Shown: piece after piece, positions 13,537 to 24,946 of the stretch
How the letters are laid out: each line of letters begins with the position of its first letter
Position numbering within the stretch: the stretch's first letter is position 1
From: the human T2T-CHM13v2.0 reference genome, Homo sapiens
DNA length: 64,000 bases
Strand: one strand, 5' to 3'
Assembly: GCF_009914755.1 (NCBI RefSeq)
Contig: NC_060933.1
Translations under genes and position numbers: made by a program
The notes under the pieces: model-generated
The model's input: only the letters and a program-made list of their open reading frames with translations
The model's database searches: none
What the model was told of the DNA's origin: nothing

Positions 13537-14354
13537 AAAATACAGAATTTTAAAATGGCAAATGCTTCATTTGAAAAGTGAGGAAACAGAGGGGAGGGGT
13601 ACAAGGGATCTTTCCAGTCACACATCAGTGACCTTTCTGCTCTGAAGTGAATAAAATTATGCACTAATCAATATTTAATAGCCATCATATTTCATAGTTC
13701 AGCCATTCTGAATATATGGGAGATTGCCCCCAAATCTTGATTGAGCCTGAATCCTCTGCAATTTCTGAAGAACTCCCAAAGTGAAGGTGGTTAAGCACAG
13801 GGTTGCCAAACACTGGGACTAAGCTTAGGCAGTGAGGCACCTAGGACACAACATTTAAGGGGCCCTGAGTCTCAGGTTCACCCATACACAGGGCCAGCAC
13901 CTCATTCACTCCATCCCATCCCTTGGGCTACCACATGCTCATTCCAATTTCTGACTCATATTAACCCCAGGATCCCCAAACTAGCTGCTCAACCGCCTTG
14001 ACTCTTGGGATCACACACTTTTGTGAGAAGAGGTGGTCGACAAGGCACGACTGACTCCTCCTGCACTCACAAATTCACTTGATGTGAAGTGACTCCTGGA
14101 TGCCAGAAATGAGGCTAGATGCCTGGTGTGAAGATAAGTCAATGGCCTTGACTTTGAGGACATTGCAGTCTGCTAGGGATTCTCTCTAAATGGTTTATTT
14201 TTCCATTTGCATTTGAAGCAGTAAACTCTAAACCAGTATTAATTCCAGGGAGCACATGGACTATGGCTGAATGGAAACTATTTATTCCTGACAATTTAGA
14301 GGATGCTGGAGGGGGTAGTAGTAGTTGACAATACATTTTTCCTATAGTTGTTTA

Positions 14355-14505
14355 TACTTGATTCTCACAGCAATTCTATGAGATGGGTATTATTTCATTC
14401 TTTTAGAATTGACAAAATGTTGGCTTAGCAGTATTGAGTAATTTGCAAAAGATCCAGCAACAAATGTTTCCCATTGGGATCTGAACGCTAGCCTAGTGCC
14501 TCAAA
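14355..14505 (-). mobile_element. MIR SINE
   Basis: gattctcacagcaattctatgagatgggtattatttcattcttttt... Confidence 0.65.
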
Positions 14506-15730
14506 TTAAATGTCTTATGACATGATAACTACAACAGTCAAAAGGTCCCCACTAGAAATGACAAAGGAATATTGCAAAACTGGGGACTTGGAAGGAACAT
14601 GTTACAAAGCAGCTACCAAGGTGGTGAGAGAGGCCCTCGGGATGGCACAGACACGCCCAAATTCTCATCCTCACCTGCAGTTCTTCCCTCGCCATCCTCA
14701 GATTATGATCCATAAAGCCTCTCTGAAGAGGCAGCCGACAGCCCTGTGCTTGCTAACAACCTGCGTATCCTCTGAATAGTATCTCCATCCTCTCCTGAAA
14801 ATGGGGAGTTCCTGTTACTGTCTGCTGTTAGAGGCAGGAAGCCACAGAAGAGAATGGCTTCTTCCTAGCTTGAATGCTTCAGTTCCATAATGGAGCTGAC
14901 TTCCAGGCACTGATGGGGCCTGGGCTAAGAAGCAGTGTGGAGTGGGGACTCTTTCCAGGAGGCAAAGGATGCTGGGATTTCATATTTGAAAGTGAATTCA
15001 ATTCATCCCAGCGTCACTGATGACTAGTAAAAAACCAATTTTGGAGTCTACTGGGTTGGAAGGGTGGGACAGTCCTCACACTCTTGTGGAGCCCTGAGTT
15101 TGGTGTCAGAGATCTCTGAATGAGATCAGACATAAAGCCATAGGGGTATGCTAGCAGACTCAGAGGAAGGCTATCATACAGCTCTAACCTGCATCCACAT
15201 TGTTTGTGGTGCCCTGTGAATTAAAAATACATAGAAACTCTGTGTCTTTAAAATAGCACAGATATGTGTATACTGTTAACTTTAAAAATAGCAATATTTA
15301 CTGCATTTTGTTACCTTCTTTTGACATTTCTTCATTTTAATCTTCAGAAGCATCAAAATGTGAAATTGGTCTTTTATGACATCTGAAGGTCTTGCCTAGC
15401 CTTAATTTTTTAGGAGGCCTAGTCCCAAGAAAAGAGTATTGTTTCATAAGCCACTGATGTGTTCAGGGTCTAGATTTTATTTAACGTCTTCAAACCACAT
15501 CAAGAAATTACTTAATAAGCTGTGTCTACCACCGCAGAGTGACTTTGAAGAGTTTGAGGCAGTTGCCTGAGTTATTATAGTCCTAAAAGCTGTTCATCTC
15601 AAATATGCAGGTAGTAGACACAAGGATGACTTCACCTTTATCTGGGTAATTGTATCAATTGCCCTGTAAATCACAGTAAATCAATGTATTATATAGGTGT
15701 GTATGTATAACACTATAAAATATATAACAT

Positions 15731-16028
15731 GGCCTGGCTCAGTGGCTCACACCTGTAATCCTAGTACTTTGGGAGTCTGAGGCGGGAAATCACTTGAGGT
15801 CAGGAGTTCGAGACCAGCCTGGCCAACATGGTGAAACCCCATCTCTACTAAAAATACAAAAAAATTAGCTGGGCGTGGTGGCGGATGCCTGTAATCCCAT
15901 CTACTCAAGAGGCTGAGGCAGGAGAATCGCTTGAACCTGAGAGGCGGAGGTTGCCGTGAGCCTAGATAAAGCCACCACACTCCAGCCTGGGCAACAGAGT
16001 GAGACTCTGTCTCAAAAAAAAAAAAAAA
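15731..16028 (+). mobile_element. AluS (Sx/Sz-like), full length
   Basis: Dimeric Alu with TACTAAAAATACAAAA linker and poly-A tail. Confidence 0.97.
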
Positions 16029-16304
16029 ATTATATATATATATGTATATAAAACATTGAATAAAATATTTTTATACTTTAGTACTCATGTTCACAATCAG
16101 TTCTTAACGTTTAAAAAATAATGCATTGTAGGTTATATAAACATTTCTCCTACTTTCGTTTACATCCTGTTTTCTAGTCAACGTCTTCCTTGTTTGGTTG
16201 TTTAACTTTGGAACATGTGCTTTGTTGGTTCAGTTCAGGATTCACGCGCCCAGTACCTAACCTAGTCATGCAGTGATGTGTCACAGTTTCTACATCTAGG
16301 TCCC

Positions 16305-16634
16305 TGTGATGGTCCTTGGTGCTGTTCACCAGCTATTTCCAGGCATTTCCTGTTTGCCTTGTGTTGGGGAGGCCATGTGACTTTCTCTGGCTGAATTTTA
16401 AGTGGAAGCACATGTTCCTAGGCCAGACCATTTAACTCCTGACATAATACCTCTGGAGCTTTCTTTGCCATTTCTGGGGTAACCAGGAATCTTGCAGACT
16501 ATGGCTGCTCCATCAGCTTAAGTGTTGGAGTTAAGATGATCTGGAACATAAAAGAGAAATAAACTTTTGTTGTATTAAGCATCTGAGATCCTTTTTTTCC
16601 CCATAACATAGCCTACTCCATCTTGACCAGTAGA
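16305..16634 (+). mobile_element. Old MaLR LTR (MLT1I/J-like)
   Basis: ggccatgtgactttctctggc...gagaaataaacttttgttgtattaagcatctgagat...catcttgaccagtaga. Confidence 0.7.
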
Positions 16635-19600
16635 GAATGTACTACATTTCTTTTAATTTTTTAGAAAACATTTTTATTTTGTGGATACATAGTAGGTGTA
16701 CGTATTTAGGGGGTACATGCGATATTTTGGCACAGGCATGCAATGTGAAATAATGGTATTATGGAAAATGGGTATCCATCCCCTCAAGCATTTATCCTTT
16801 GTGTTACAAACAATCCAATTATACACTTTTAGTTGTTTTAAAATGTGCAATAACATTATTATTGTTATTATAGTCTCTCTGTTGTGCTATCAAATAGTAG
16901 GCCTTATTTATTCATTCTAGCTATTTTTTTTTGTACCCATTAGCCATCCCCACCTTCCCAGCAAGGCTCCCTTCCCCAATACATTTCCCAGCCTGTGGTA
17001 ACCATCCTTCTACTCTCTATCTCCATGGGTTCAATTGTTTAATTTTCAGATCCCACAAATAAGTGAGAACATGCAATATCTGTTTTTCTGTGCCTGGCTT
17101 ATTTCACTTAACATGATGATCTCCAGTTCCATTCGTGTTGTTGCAAATGTTCCAAATGACTGAATCTCATTCTTTTTTTATGGCTGAATAGTAATCCATC
17201 GTGTACAAGGACCACAGTTTTTTAATCCATTCATTTGTTGATGGACACTTAGGTTGCTTCCAAATCTTGGCTATTGTGAACAGACCTGCAAGAAACAAGG
17301 GACTGAAGACATCTCTTCAGTATACTGATTTTCTTTCTTTTGGGTATACACCCAGCAGTAAAATTGCTGGATTGTATGGTAGCTCTATTTTTTATTTGCA
17401 TTTCTCTGATAATCATTGATATTGAGCATGTTTTCATATGCTTGTTTAGCATTTGTATGTCTTATTTTGAGAAATGTCTATTCAAATCTTTTGCTCATTT
17501 ATTAATCAGATTAGATTTTTTCCTGTAGTGTTGTTTGAGCTCTTTGTATATTCTAGTTATGAATCCCCTATCAGATGGGTAGTTTGCAAATATTTTCTCT
17601 TATTCTGTGGGTTGTCTCTTCATTTTGTTGATTGTTTCCTTTGCTGTGCAGAAGCTTTTTAACTTGATGTGATCCCATTTGTCTATTTTTGCTTTTGTTG
17701 CTTGTGCTTGTGGGGTATTACTCAAGAAATCATTGCCCAGATTGTTGTCTTGGAGAGTTTCCCCAATGTTTTCTTGTAGTAGTTTTATAGTTTGAGGTCT
17801 TAGTTTTAAGTCTTTAATCCATTTTAATTTGATTTTAGCATATATCAAGAGACAGGGGTCTAGTTTTATTCTTCTAGGTATGGATATCTGGTTTTCTCAG
17901 CACCATTAATTGAAGAGGCTGTCTTTTCCCCAGTGTGTGTTCTTGGCACCTTTGTCAAAAATGTTTGTTGTAAGTGTTTGGGTTTGTTTATGGATTTTCT
18001 ATTGTGTTCCATTGGTCTATGTGTCTATTTTTATGCCACTACCATTCTGTTTTGGTTACTATAGCTCAGTAGTATAATTTGAAGTCAGGTAATGTGATTC
18101 TTTCAATTTTCTTCTTTTTGCTTAGGATAGCTTTGGCTATTCTGGGACTTACGTGGTTTCATATAAATTTTAGGATAGGTTTTTTTCTATGTCTGTGAAT
18201 AATGTCATTGGTATTTTGATAGGGATTGCATCAAATCTGTAGATTGCTTTGGGAAGTGTGGATGTTTTAACAATATTTATTATTCCAATCCATGAACATG
18301 AAATATTTTTCTATTTTTTACTGTTCTCTTCAATTTCTTTTATTAGTATTTTATAGTTTTCATTATAGAGATCTTTCACTTCTTTGGTTAATTTCTAGGT
18401 ATTTAATTTTATGTGTGGCTCTTGAAAATAGGATTACATTTTTTATTTATTTTTCAGACTGTTCCCTGTTGACATATGAAAATGGTATTGATTTTTGAAT
18501 GCTGAGTTTATGTCCTGCAACTTTACTGAATTTGTTTATCAGTTCTAACAGTTTTTTGGTGGAGTATATAGGTTTTTCCAAATATAGGATCATACCATCT
18601 GCAAACAAGGATAATTTGACTTCTTCCTTTCCAATTTGGATACCCTTTATACCTTTCTCTTGTCTGATTGCTCTAGCTAGGACTTCCAGTACTATTTTGA
18701 ATAATAGTGGTGAAAGTGGGCATTCTTACTGTGTTTCAGATCTTAGAGGAAAAGCTTTCAGTTTTTCCCCCATTCAGCTGTGGGCCTGTTGTATATGGCC
18801 TTTATTATGTTGAATATGTTCCTTCTATATACAGTTTTTTGAGGGATTTTATCATGAAGGGATGTTGAATTTTATCAAATGCTCTTCAGTATCAATTAAA
18901 ATGATCATATGGATTTTGTCCTTCATTCCTTTGATATGATGTATCACATTGATTGATTTACATATGTTGAACCATCCATGCATCCCTGGGATAAGTCCCA
19001 TTTGGTTATGATGAATAATCTTTTTAATGTGTTGTTGAGTTTGGTTTGCTAGTATTTTCTGAGGTTTTGCATCAATATTTATCAGTGATATTGGCCTATA
19101 GTTGTTTTTGCTTTTGTTGTTGTTGTTTGATGTGTCCTTTGTCTGGTTTGGGTATCATGGTAATACTGACCTCACTGAGTTTGGAAGTATTCCCTCTTCC
19201 TCTATTTTTCTGAATAGTTTGAATAGGACTGGTATTAGTTCTTTAAATGTTTGGTAGAATTCAGCAGTGAAGCCATCAGGTCCTGGGCTCTTCCTTCTTG
19301 GGAAATTTTACTTATGGTTTTCATCTTGTTACATGTTATTGGTCTGTTCAGGTTTGGGATTTATTTATAGTTGAATCTTGGTAGGTCATATGTGTCTAGA
19401 AACTTGTCCATTTCCTCTAGATTTTCCAATTTATTGGCATAGAGATGCTTATAGTAGCCACTAATGATCCTTTGAATTTTTGCAGTATCAGTTGTAATGT
19501 CTCCTTTTTCATCTCTGATTTTATTTATTTGGATCTTCTCTCTCTTTTTTCAGTCTGGCTAAAGGTTTCTTAATTTAGTTTAAGTTTTTGAAAAACTAAA

Positions 19601-19883
19601 TTTTAGTTTCATCGGTCTTTTGTATTGTTTTCTTCATTTCAATTTCATTTCTGCTCTGATTATTATTGTTTCTTCTATTAATCTTGGGTTCAGTTTGCTC
19701 TTGCTTTTCTAGTTCTGTTAGATGCATTGCTAGGTTGTTTATTTGAAGTTTTTCTTCTTTTTTGATGTAGGCATTTATAGCTATAAACTTCCCTCTTAGT
19801 ACTGCTTTTGCTGTATCCCATAGGTTTTAGTATGTTGTGTTTCCATTATCATTTGTTTCAATAAATTTTTCAAATTCCTTCAA

Positions 19884-20012
19884 CCCAATTATGCCTAGTA
19901 TTCCATTATTGGAATGCTAAGCATGTGGAATTATTTATATTCTACTGCTCAAGGTCATCGCCAAAGTCTGATTTTTCAAATTAAAAAAATTGCAACCTCT
20001 GGCATAAATGGG
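19884..20012 (+). mobile_element. MER85 piggyBac-derived MITE inserted in L1 ORF2
   Basis: TIRs CCCAATTATGCC / GGCATAAATGGG (11/12), TTAA at 20013-20016, internal ttccattattggaa palindrome and ctactgctcaaggtcatcgccaa core. Confidence 0.92.
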
Positions 20013-20112
20013 TTAATTTCTTCATGAATCTACTGCTCATTCAGTACCATAATGTTTAATTTCCACTTATTTGTATAGTTTCCAAAATTCCTCTTATTAT
20101 TTATTTCTAGTT

Positions 20113-20460
20113 TTATTTCATTGGGTTTAGTGAAGATGCTTGATATTTCAACTTTTTAAATGTTTTCAGACTGGTTTTGTGACCTAATATATGATTTATC
20201 CTTGAGAATGATCCACGTGCTGAGAAAAAGAATGTGTATTCTGTAAGTATTGGATGAAATGTTATGTAACTATCTATTAGATCCATTTGTTCTATAATGT
20301 AGATTAAATCCAATGTTTCCTTGTTGATTTTCTGTCTGAAACATCTGTCCAATGCTGAAAGTGGGGTATTGAAGTCTCCAGCTGTTATTGTATTGGGGTT
20401 TATTTCTCTCTTCAGCTCTAATATTTGCTTCATATATATCTGGGTGCTCCAGTATTGCAT
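20113..20460 (-). pseudogene. L1 ORF2 endonuclease remnant
   Basis: Translated GDFNTPLS...SFSRINHILGHKTSL motifs; surrounded by stops and frameshifts. Confidence 0.9.
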
Positions 20461-21281
20461 GCATATATATTTAACATTTATATCCTCTTGCTGAATTCAC
20501 CCCTTTATCATTATATGGTGACTATCTTTGTCTCTACTCATAGTTTTGGTCTAGAAATCTATTTTGTCTAATATAATTACAGCTAACTCTGCTCTTTTTT
20601 TTGTTTCCATTGGCATGGAATATCTTTTTCCAACCCTTTATTTTCAGTCTATGTATATATATCCTTATAGATGAAGTATGTTTCTTTTAGGCAACAGATC
20701 ATTGGGTCTTTTTTTTTTTTTTTAAATCCATTCAGCTACTCTATGACTTTTGGAGAATTTAGTCCATTTACATTTATTGTTATTGTTGATAAATAAGGAC
20801 TTGTTCCTGCCATTTTATTACTTGTATTCTGGGTGCTTTGTGGTCTTCTTTTCCTTTCTTTTTCCTTCCTGTCATTCTTTAGAGAAGGTGATTTCCTCTG
20901 GTGGTATGATTTAGTCAATTGCTTTTTATTCTTTTTGTATCCATTGTATGATTTTTGGTATGAAGCTACCATGAGGCTTCCAAATACTATCTTATAGTCC
21001 GTTACTTTAAGCTGATAACAACCTAACACTGTTTGCATAAACAAACCAACAAATCAGCAAAAAGAAAACTAATAAAGACTCTATGCCTTAATTTCATCCA
21101 CACAGCTTTGTTAATTTTTGCTGTTACTATTTATATCTTATTGTACTCTGTATGTCTTAAAAAGTTGTTGTAGTTATTTTTTGTTGTATTTCTTATTTTT
21201 TGTTGGTTCATTGTTTAGTCTTTCTACTTAACATAAGAGTAGTTTACACACCACAGTTACAGTGTTATAATATTCTATGGT

Positions 21282-23618
21282 TGATACGGTTTGGCTGTGT
21301 CTCCACCCAAATTTCATCTTGAATTGTAGTTCCCATAATCCCCATGGGTCAATGGAGGAATCAGGTGAAGACAATTGAATCATGGGGTGGTTTCTCCCAT
21401 CCTGTTCTCATGATAGTGAGTTAGTTCTCATAAGATCTGATGGCTTTATAAGGGGCCTTTGCCTTCACTGGGCACTCATTCTCTCTCCTGCCATGCTGTG
21501 AAGAGGTGCCTCCCACCATGATTGTAAGTTTCCTGAGGCCTCCCCAGCCATGCGGAACTGTGAGTCCATTAAACCTCTTTCCTTTATAAATTACCCCACC
21601 TCGGGTATTTCTTCATAGCAGCATGAGAACAGACTAATACAGTTAATTGGTACCAAGTAGTGGGGTGCTTCTGTAAAGATATCCCAAACTGTAGAAGTGA
21701 CTTTGGAACTGGGTAACAGGCAGACGTTGGAACAGTTTGGAGGGCTCAGAAGAAGACAGGAAGATGTGGGAAAGTTTAGAACTTCCTAGAGACTTGTTGA
21801 ATGGCTTTGACCAAAATGCTGATAGTGACATGGACAATGAAGTCCAGGCTAAGGTGGTCTCATATGGAGACGAGGAACTTGTTGGGAACTGGAATCAAGG
21901 CGACTTTTGCTATGCTTTAGCAAAGAGACTGGAGGCATTTTGCCCCTGCCCTAGAGATCTGTGGAACCTTTGAGCTTGAGAAAGATGATTTAGGGTATCT
22001 GGTGGAATAAATTTCTAATCAGCAAAGTGTTCAAGAAGTGACTTGAGTGCTGTTGAAAGTATTCAGTTTTATGCTTTCACAAAGATATGGTTTGGAATTG
22101 GGACATATGTTTAAAAGAGAAGCAGAGCATAAAAGTTTGAAAAATTTGCAGTCTGATGATGCAATAGAAAAGAAAAACTCACTTTCTGAGAAGAAATTAA
22201 AGCGAGCTTCAGAAATTTGCATAAGTAATGAGGAGCCAAATGTTAGTTGACAAGACAATGGGGAAAATGTCTCCAGGGCATGTCAGAGGTCTTTGCAGCA
22301 GTGCCTCCCATCACAGGCCTGGAGGCCTAGGAGGAAAAAATGGTTTTGTGGGCTGGGCCCAGGGCCTTGATGCTTTGTGCAGTATCAGAACTTGGTGTCC
22401 TGTTTCCCAGCTATGCTTAAAAGGAGCCAATGTACAGCTCAGGCCATTGCTTCAGAGGGTTCAAGGCCCAAGCCTTGATGGCTTACATATGGTGTTGGGC
22501 CTGCAGGTGCACAGAAGTCAAGAATTGAGGTTTGGAAACCTCCACCTAGATTTCAAAGGATATATGGTAATGCCTGAATGTCCAGGTGGAAGTTTGCTGC
22601 AGGGGTGGAGCGTTCATGGAGAACCTCTGCTAAGGCAGTGTGGAAGTGAAATGTGGAGTCAAAGCCCCCACACAGAGTCCCAACTGGGGCACTATCTAGT
22701 GGAGCTGTGAGAAGGGCAACACCATTATCCAGACTGCAGAATGGCAGACCCACCAACTGCCTGCACCATGTGCCTGGAAAAGCCGTGGACACTCAACACC
22801 AGTCTGTGAAAGCAGCCGGGAGTGGGGCTGTATCCGGCAAAGTCCCAGAGGTGCATTTGTCCAAGGCCATGGTAGCCTACCTCTTGCACCAGCATGGCCT
22901 GAATGTGAGACATGGAGTCAAAGGAGATCATTTTGGAATTTTAAGGTTTAATGACTGCCCTATTGGATTTCGGACTTGCATGGGACCTGTTGCCCCTTTT
23001 GGCCAATTTCTCCCATTTGGAAAAAGTGTATTTACCCAATGCCTTTACCCACTTTGTATTTAGGAAGTAACTAACCTGCTTTTGATTTTACAGGCTTATA
23101 GGCAGAAGGGACTTGCCTTGCCTCAGATCTTGGACTTGGACTCTTGAGTTAATGCTGGAATGAGCTAAGACTCTGGCAAACTGTTGAAAAGGCATGATTG
23201 TGTTTTGAAACGTTGGGACATGAGATTTGGGAGGGGCCGGGGTGGAATGATATGGTTTGGCTGAATCCTCACCCAATCTCATCTTTAGTTGTAGTTCCCA
23301 TGATCCCCACATGTTGTGGGAGGAACCCATTGAGAGGTAATTGAATCATGGGGCAGTTATCTCCATGCTGTTCTTGAGATAGTGAGTGAGTTCTCACAAG
23401 ATCTGATGGTTTTATAAGGGGCTTCTCCCTTTTGCTTGGCACTTCTCCTTTCTGCCATCATGTAAAGAAGGATGTGTTTGCTTCCCCTTCTGCCATGATT
23501 GTAAGTTTCCTGAGGCCTCCCCAGCCATGCGGAACTGTGAGTCTGTTAAACCTCTTTCCTTTATAAATTACCCAGTCTTGGACAGTTCTTTATAGCAGCA
23601 TGAGAATGGACTAATACG
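21282..23618 (+). mobile_element. Full-length THE1 (C/D-like) MaLR: 5' LTR 21282-21641, internal 21642-23247, 3' LTR 23248-23618
   Basis: Two LTRs starting TGATA; internal starts gttaattggtacc; PPT-like gggaggggccggggtggaa before 3' LTR; TSD atggt / gtggt. Confidence 0.95.
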
Positions 23619-24365
23619 GTGGTTTTCTGTGTACATACTATTACCAGTGAGTTTTGTACCTTTGGATGATTTCTTTTGCCTCATTAACATCCTTTTCTTT
23701 CTGATTGAAGTATTTCCTTTAGCATTTCTTTTGGACAAGTCTGGTGTTGATGAAATCTTTCGGTTTTTGTTTGTCTGGGAAAGTTTTTATTTCTTCTTCA
23801 TGGTTGAAGAATAATTTTTGTAGATACACTATTCTAGGGTAAAACTTTTTTTTTCCTTTAGCACTTTAAATATGTCATGTCATTCTCTCCTGGCCTGTAA
23901 AGTTTCCACTGAAAATTCTGCTGCAAGATGTATTGGAGCCCCATTGTATGGAGCTCTTGCTGCTTTTAGAATCTTTTCTTTGTCCTCAACCTCTGGGAGT
24001 TTGATTATTACATGTCTTGGGGTAGTCTTCTTTGAGTTAAATCTTGGTGTTCTATAGCCTTCTTGTACTTGGGTATTGATATCTCTAAGTTTTGGAAGTG
24101 CTCTGTTATTATCCCCTTGGATAAACTTTCTACCACATCTCTTTCTCTACCTCCTCTTTAAGGCCAATAACTCTTAGATTTGCCCCTTTGAGGCTATTTT
24201 CTAGATCTTGTAGATAAGCTTTATTGTATTTTATTCTTCTTTATTTTGTCCCTTCTGACTGTATTTTGTAATATCCTGTCTTCAAACTCACTAATTCTTT
24301 CTTCTGCTTGAATAATTCTGTTATTAAAAGACTCTGTTGTATTCTTCAGTATGCAATTGCATTTT

Positions 24366-24590
24366 TCAACTCCAGAATTTCTGTTTGATTCTTTTTATTT
24401 CAATCTCTTTGTTAAATTTATCTAATAGAATTCTGAATCCATTCTCTGTGTTATTCTGAATTTCTTTCAGTTTCCTCCAAACAGCTATTTTTAATTCTGT
24501 TTCTGAAAGGTCACATATATCTGTTTCTCTAGGATTGGTGCCTGGTGGCTTATTTAGTTCATTTGGGGAGGTGATTTTTTTCTGGATCAT
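24366..24590 (-). pseudogene. L1 ORF1 N-terminal remnant
   Basis: TSPNELNKPPGTNPRETDICDLSETELKIAVWRKLKEIQ matches the old primate L1 ORF1p start. Confidence 0.85.
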
Positions 24591-24645
24591 CTCAATACTT
24601 GTAGATATTCATCTGTGCCTGGGCATTAAAGAGTTAAGTATTTAT

Positions 24646-24946
24646 GGCCAGGCATGGTGGCTCACACCTGTAATCCCAGCACTTTGAGAGGCCAAGGCAG
24701 GCAGATCACAAGGTCAGGAGTTCGAGACCTCCCTGACCAACATGGTGAAATCTCATCTCTACTAAATATACAAAAATTAGCTGGACATGGTGGCACACGC
24801 CTGTAATCCCAGCTACTCAGGAGGCTGAGGCAGGAGAATCGCTTGAACCTGGGAGGCGGAGGTTGCAGTGAGCCAAGATTGCACTACTGCCCTCCAGCCT
24901 GGGCAACAGAGAGAAACTCTATCTCCAAAAAAAAAAAAAAAAAAAA
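24646..24946 (+). mobile_element. AluS (Sg-like) inside L1
   Basis: Full Alu with gatcacaaggtcaggagttc variant; TSD taagtatttat / taggtatttat. Confidence 0.96.

Noticed and set aside
13798-13930. Possible MER91-like hAT fragment
   Set aside because: Similarity too weak to call from memory
22228-23063. 160-aa and 136-aa ORFs
   Set aside because: Alternative frames of THE1 internal sequence
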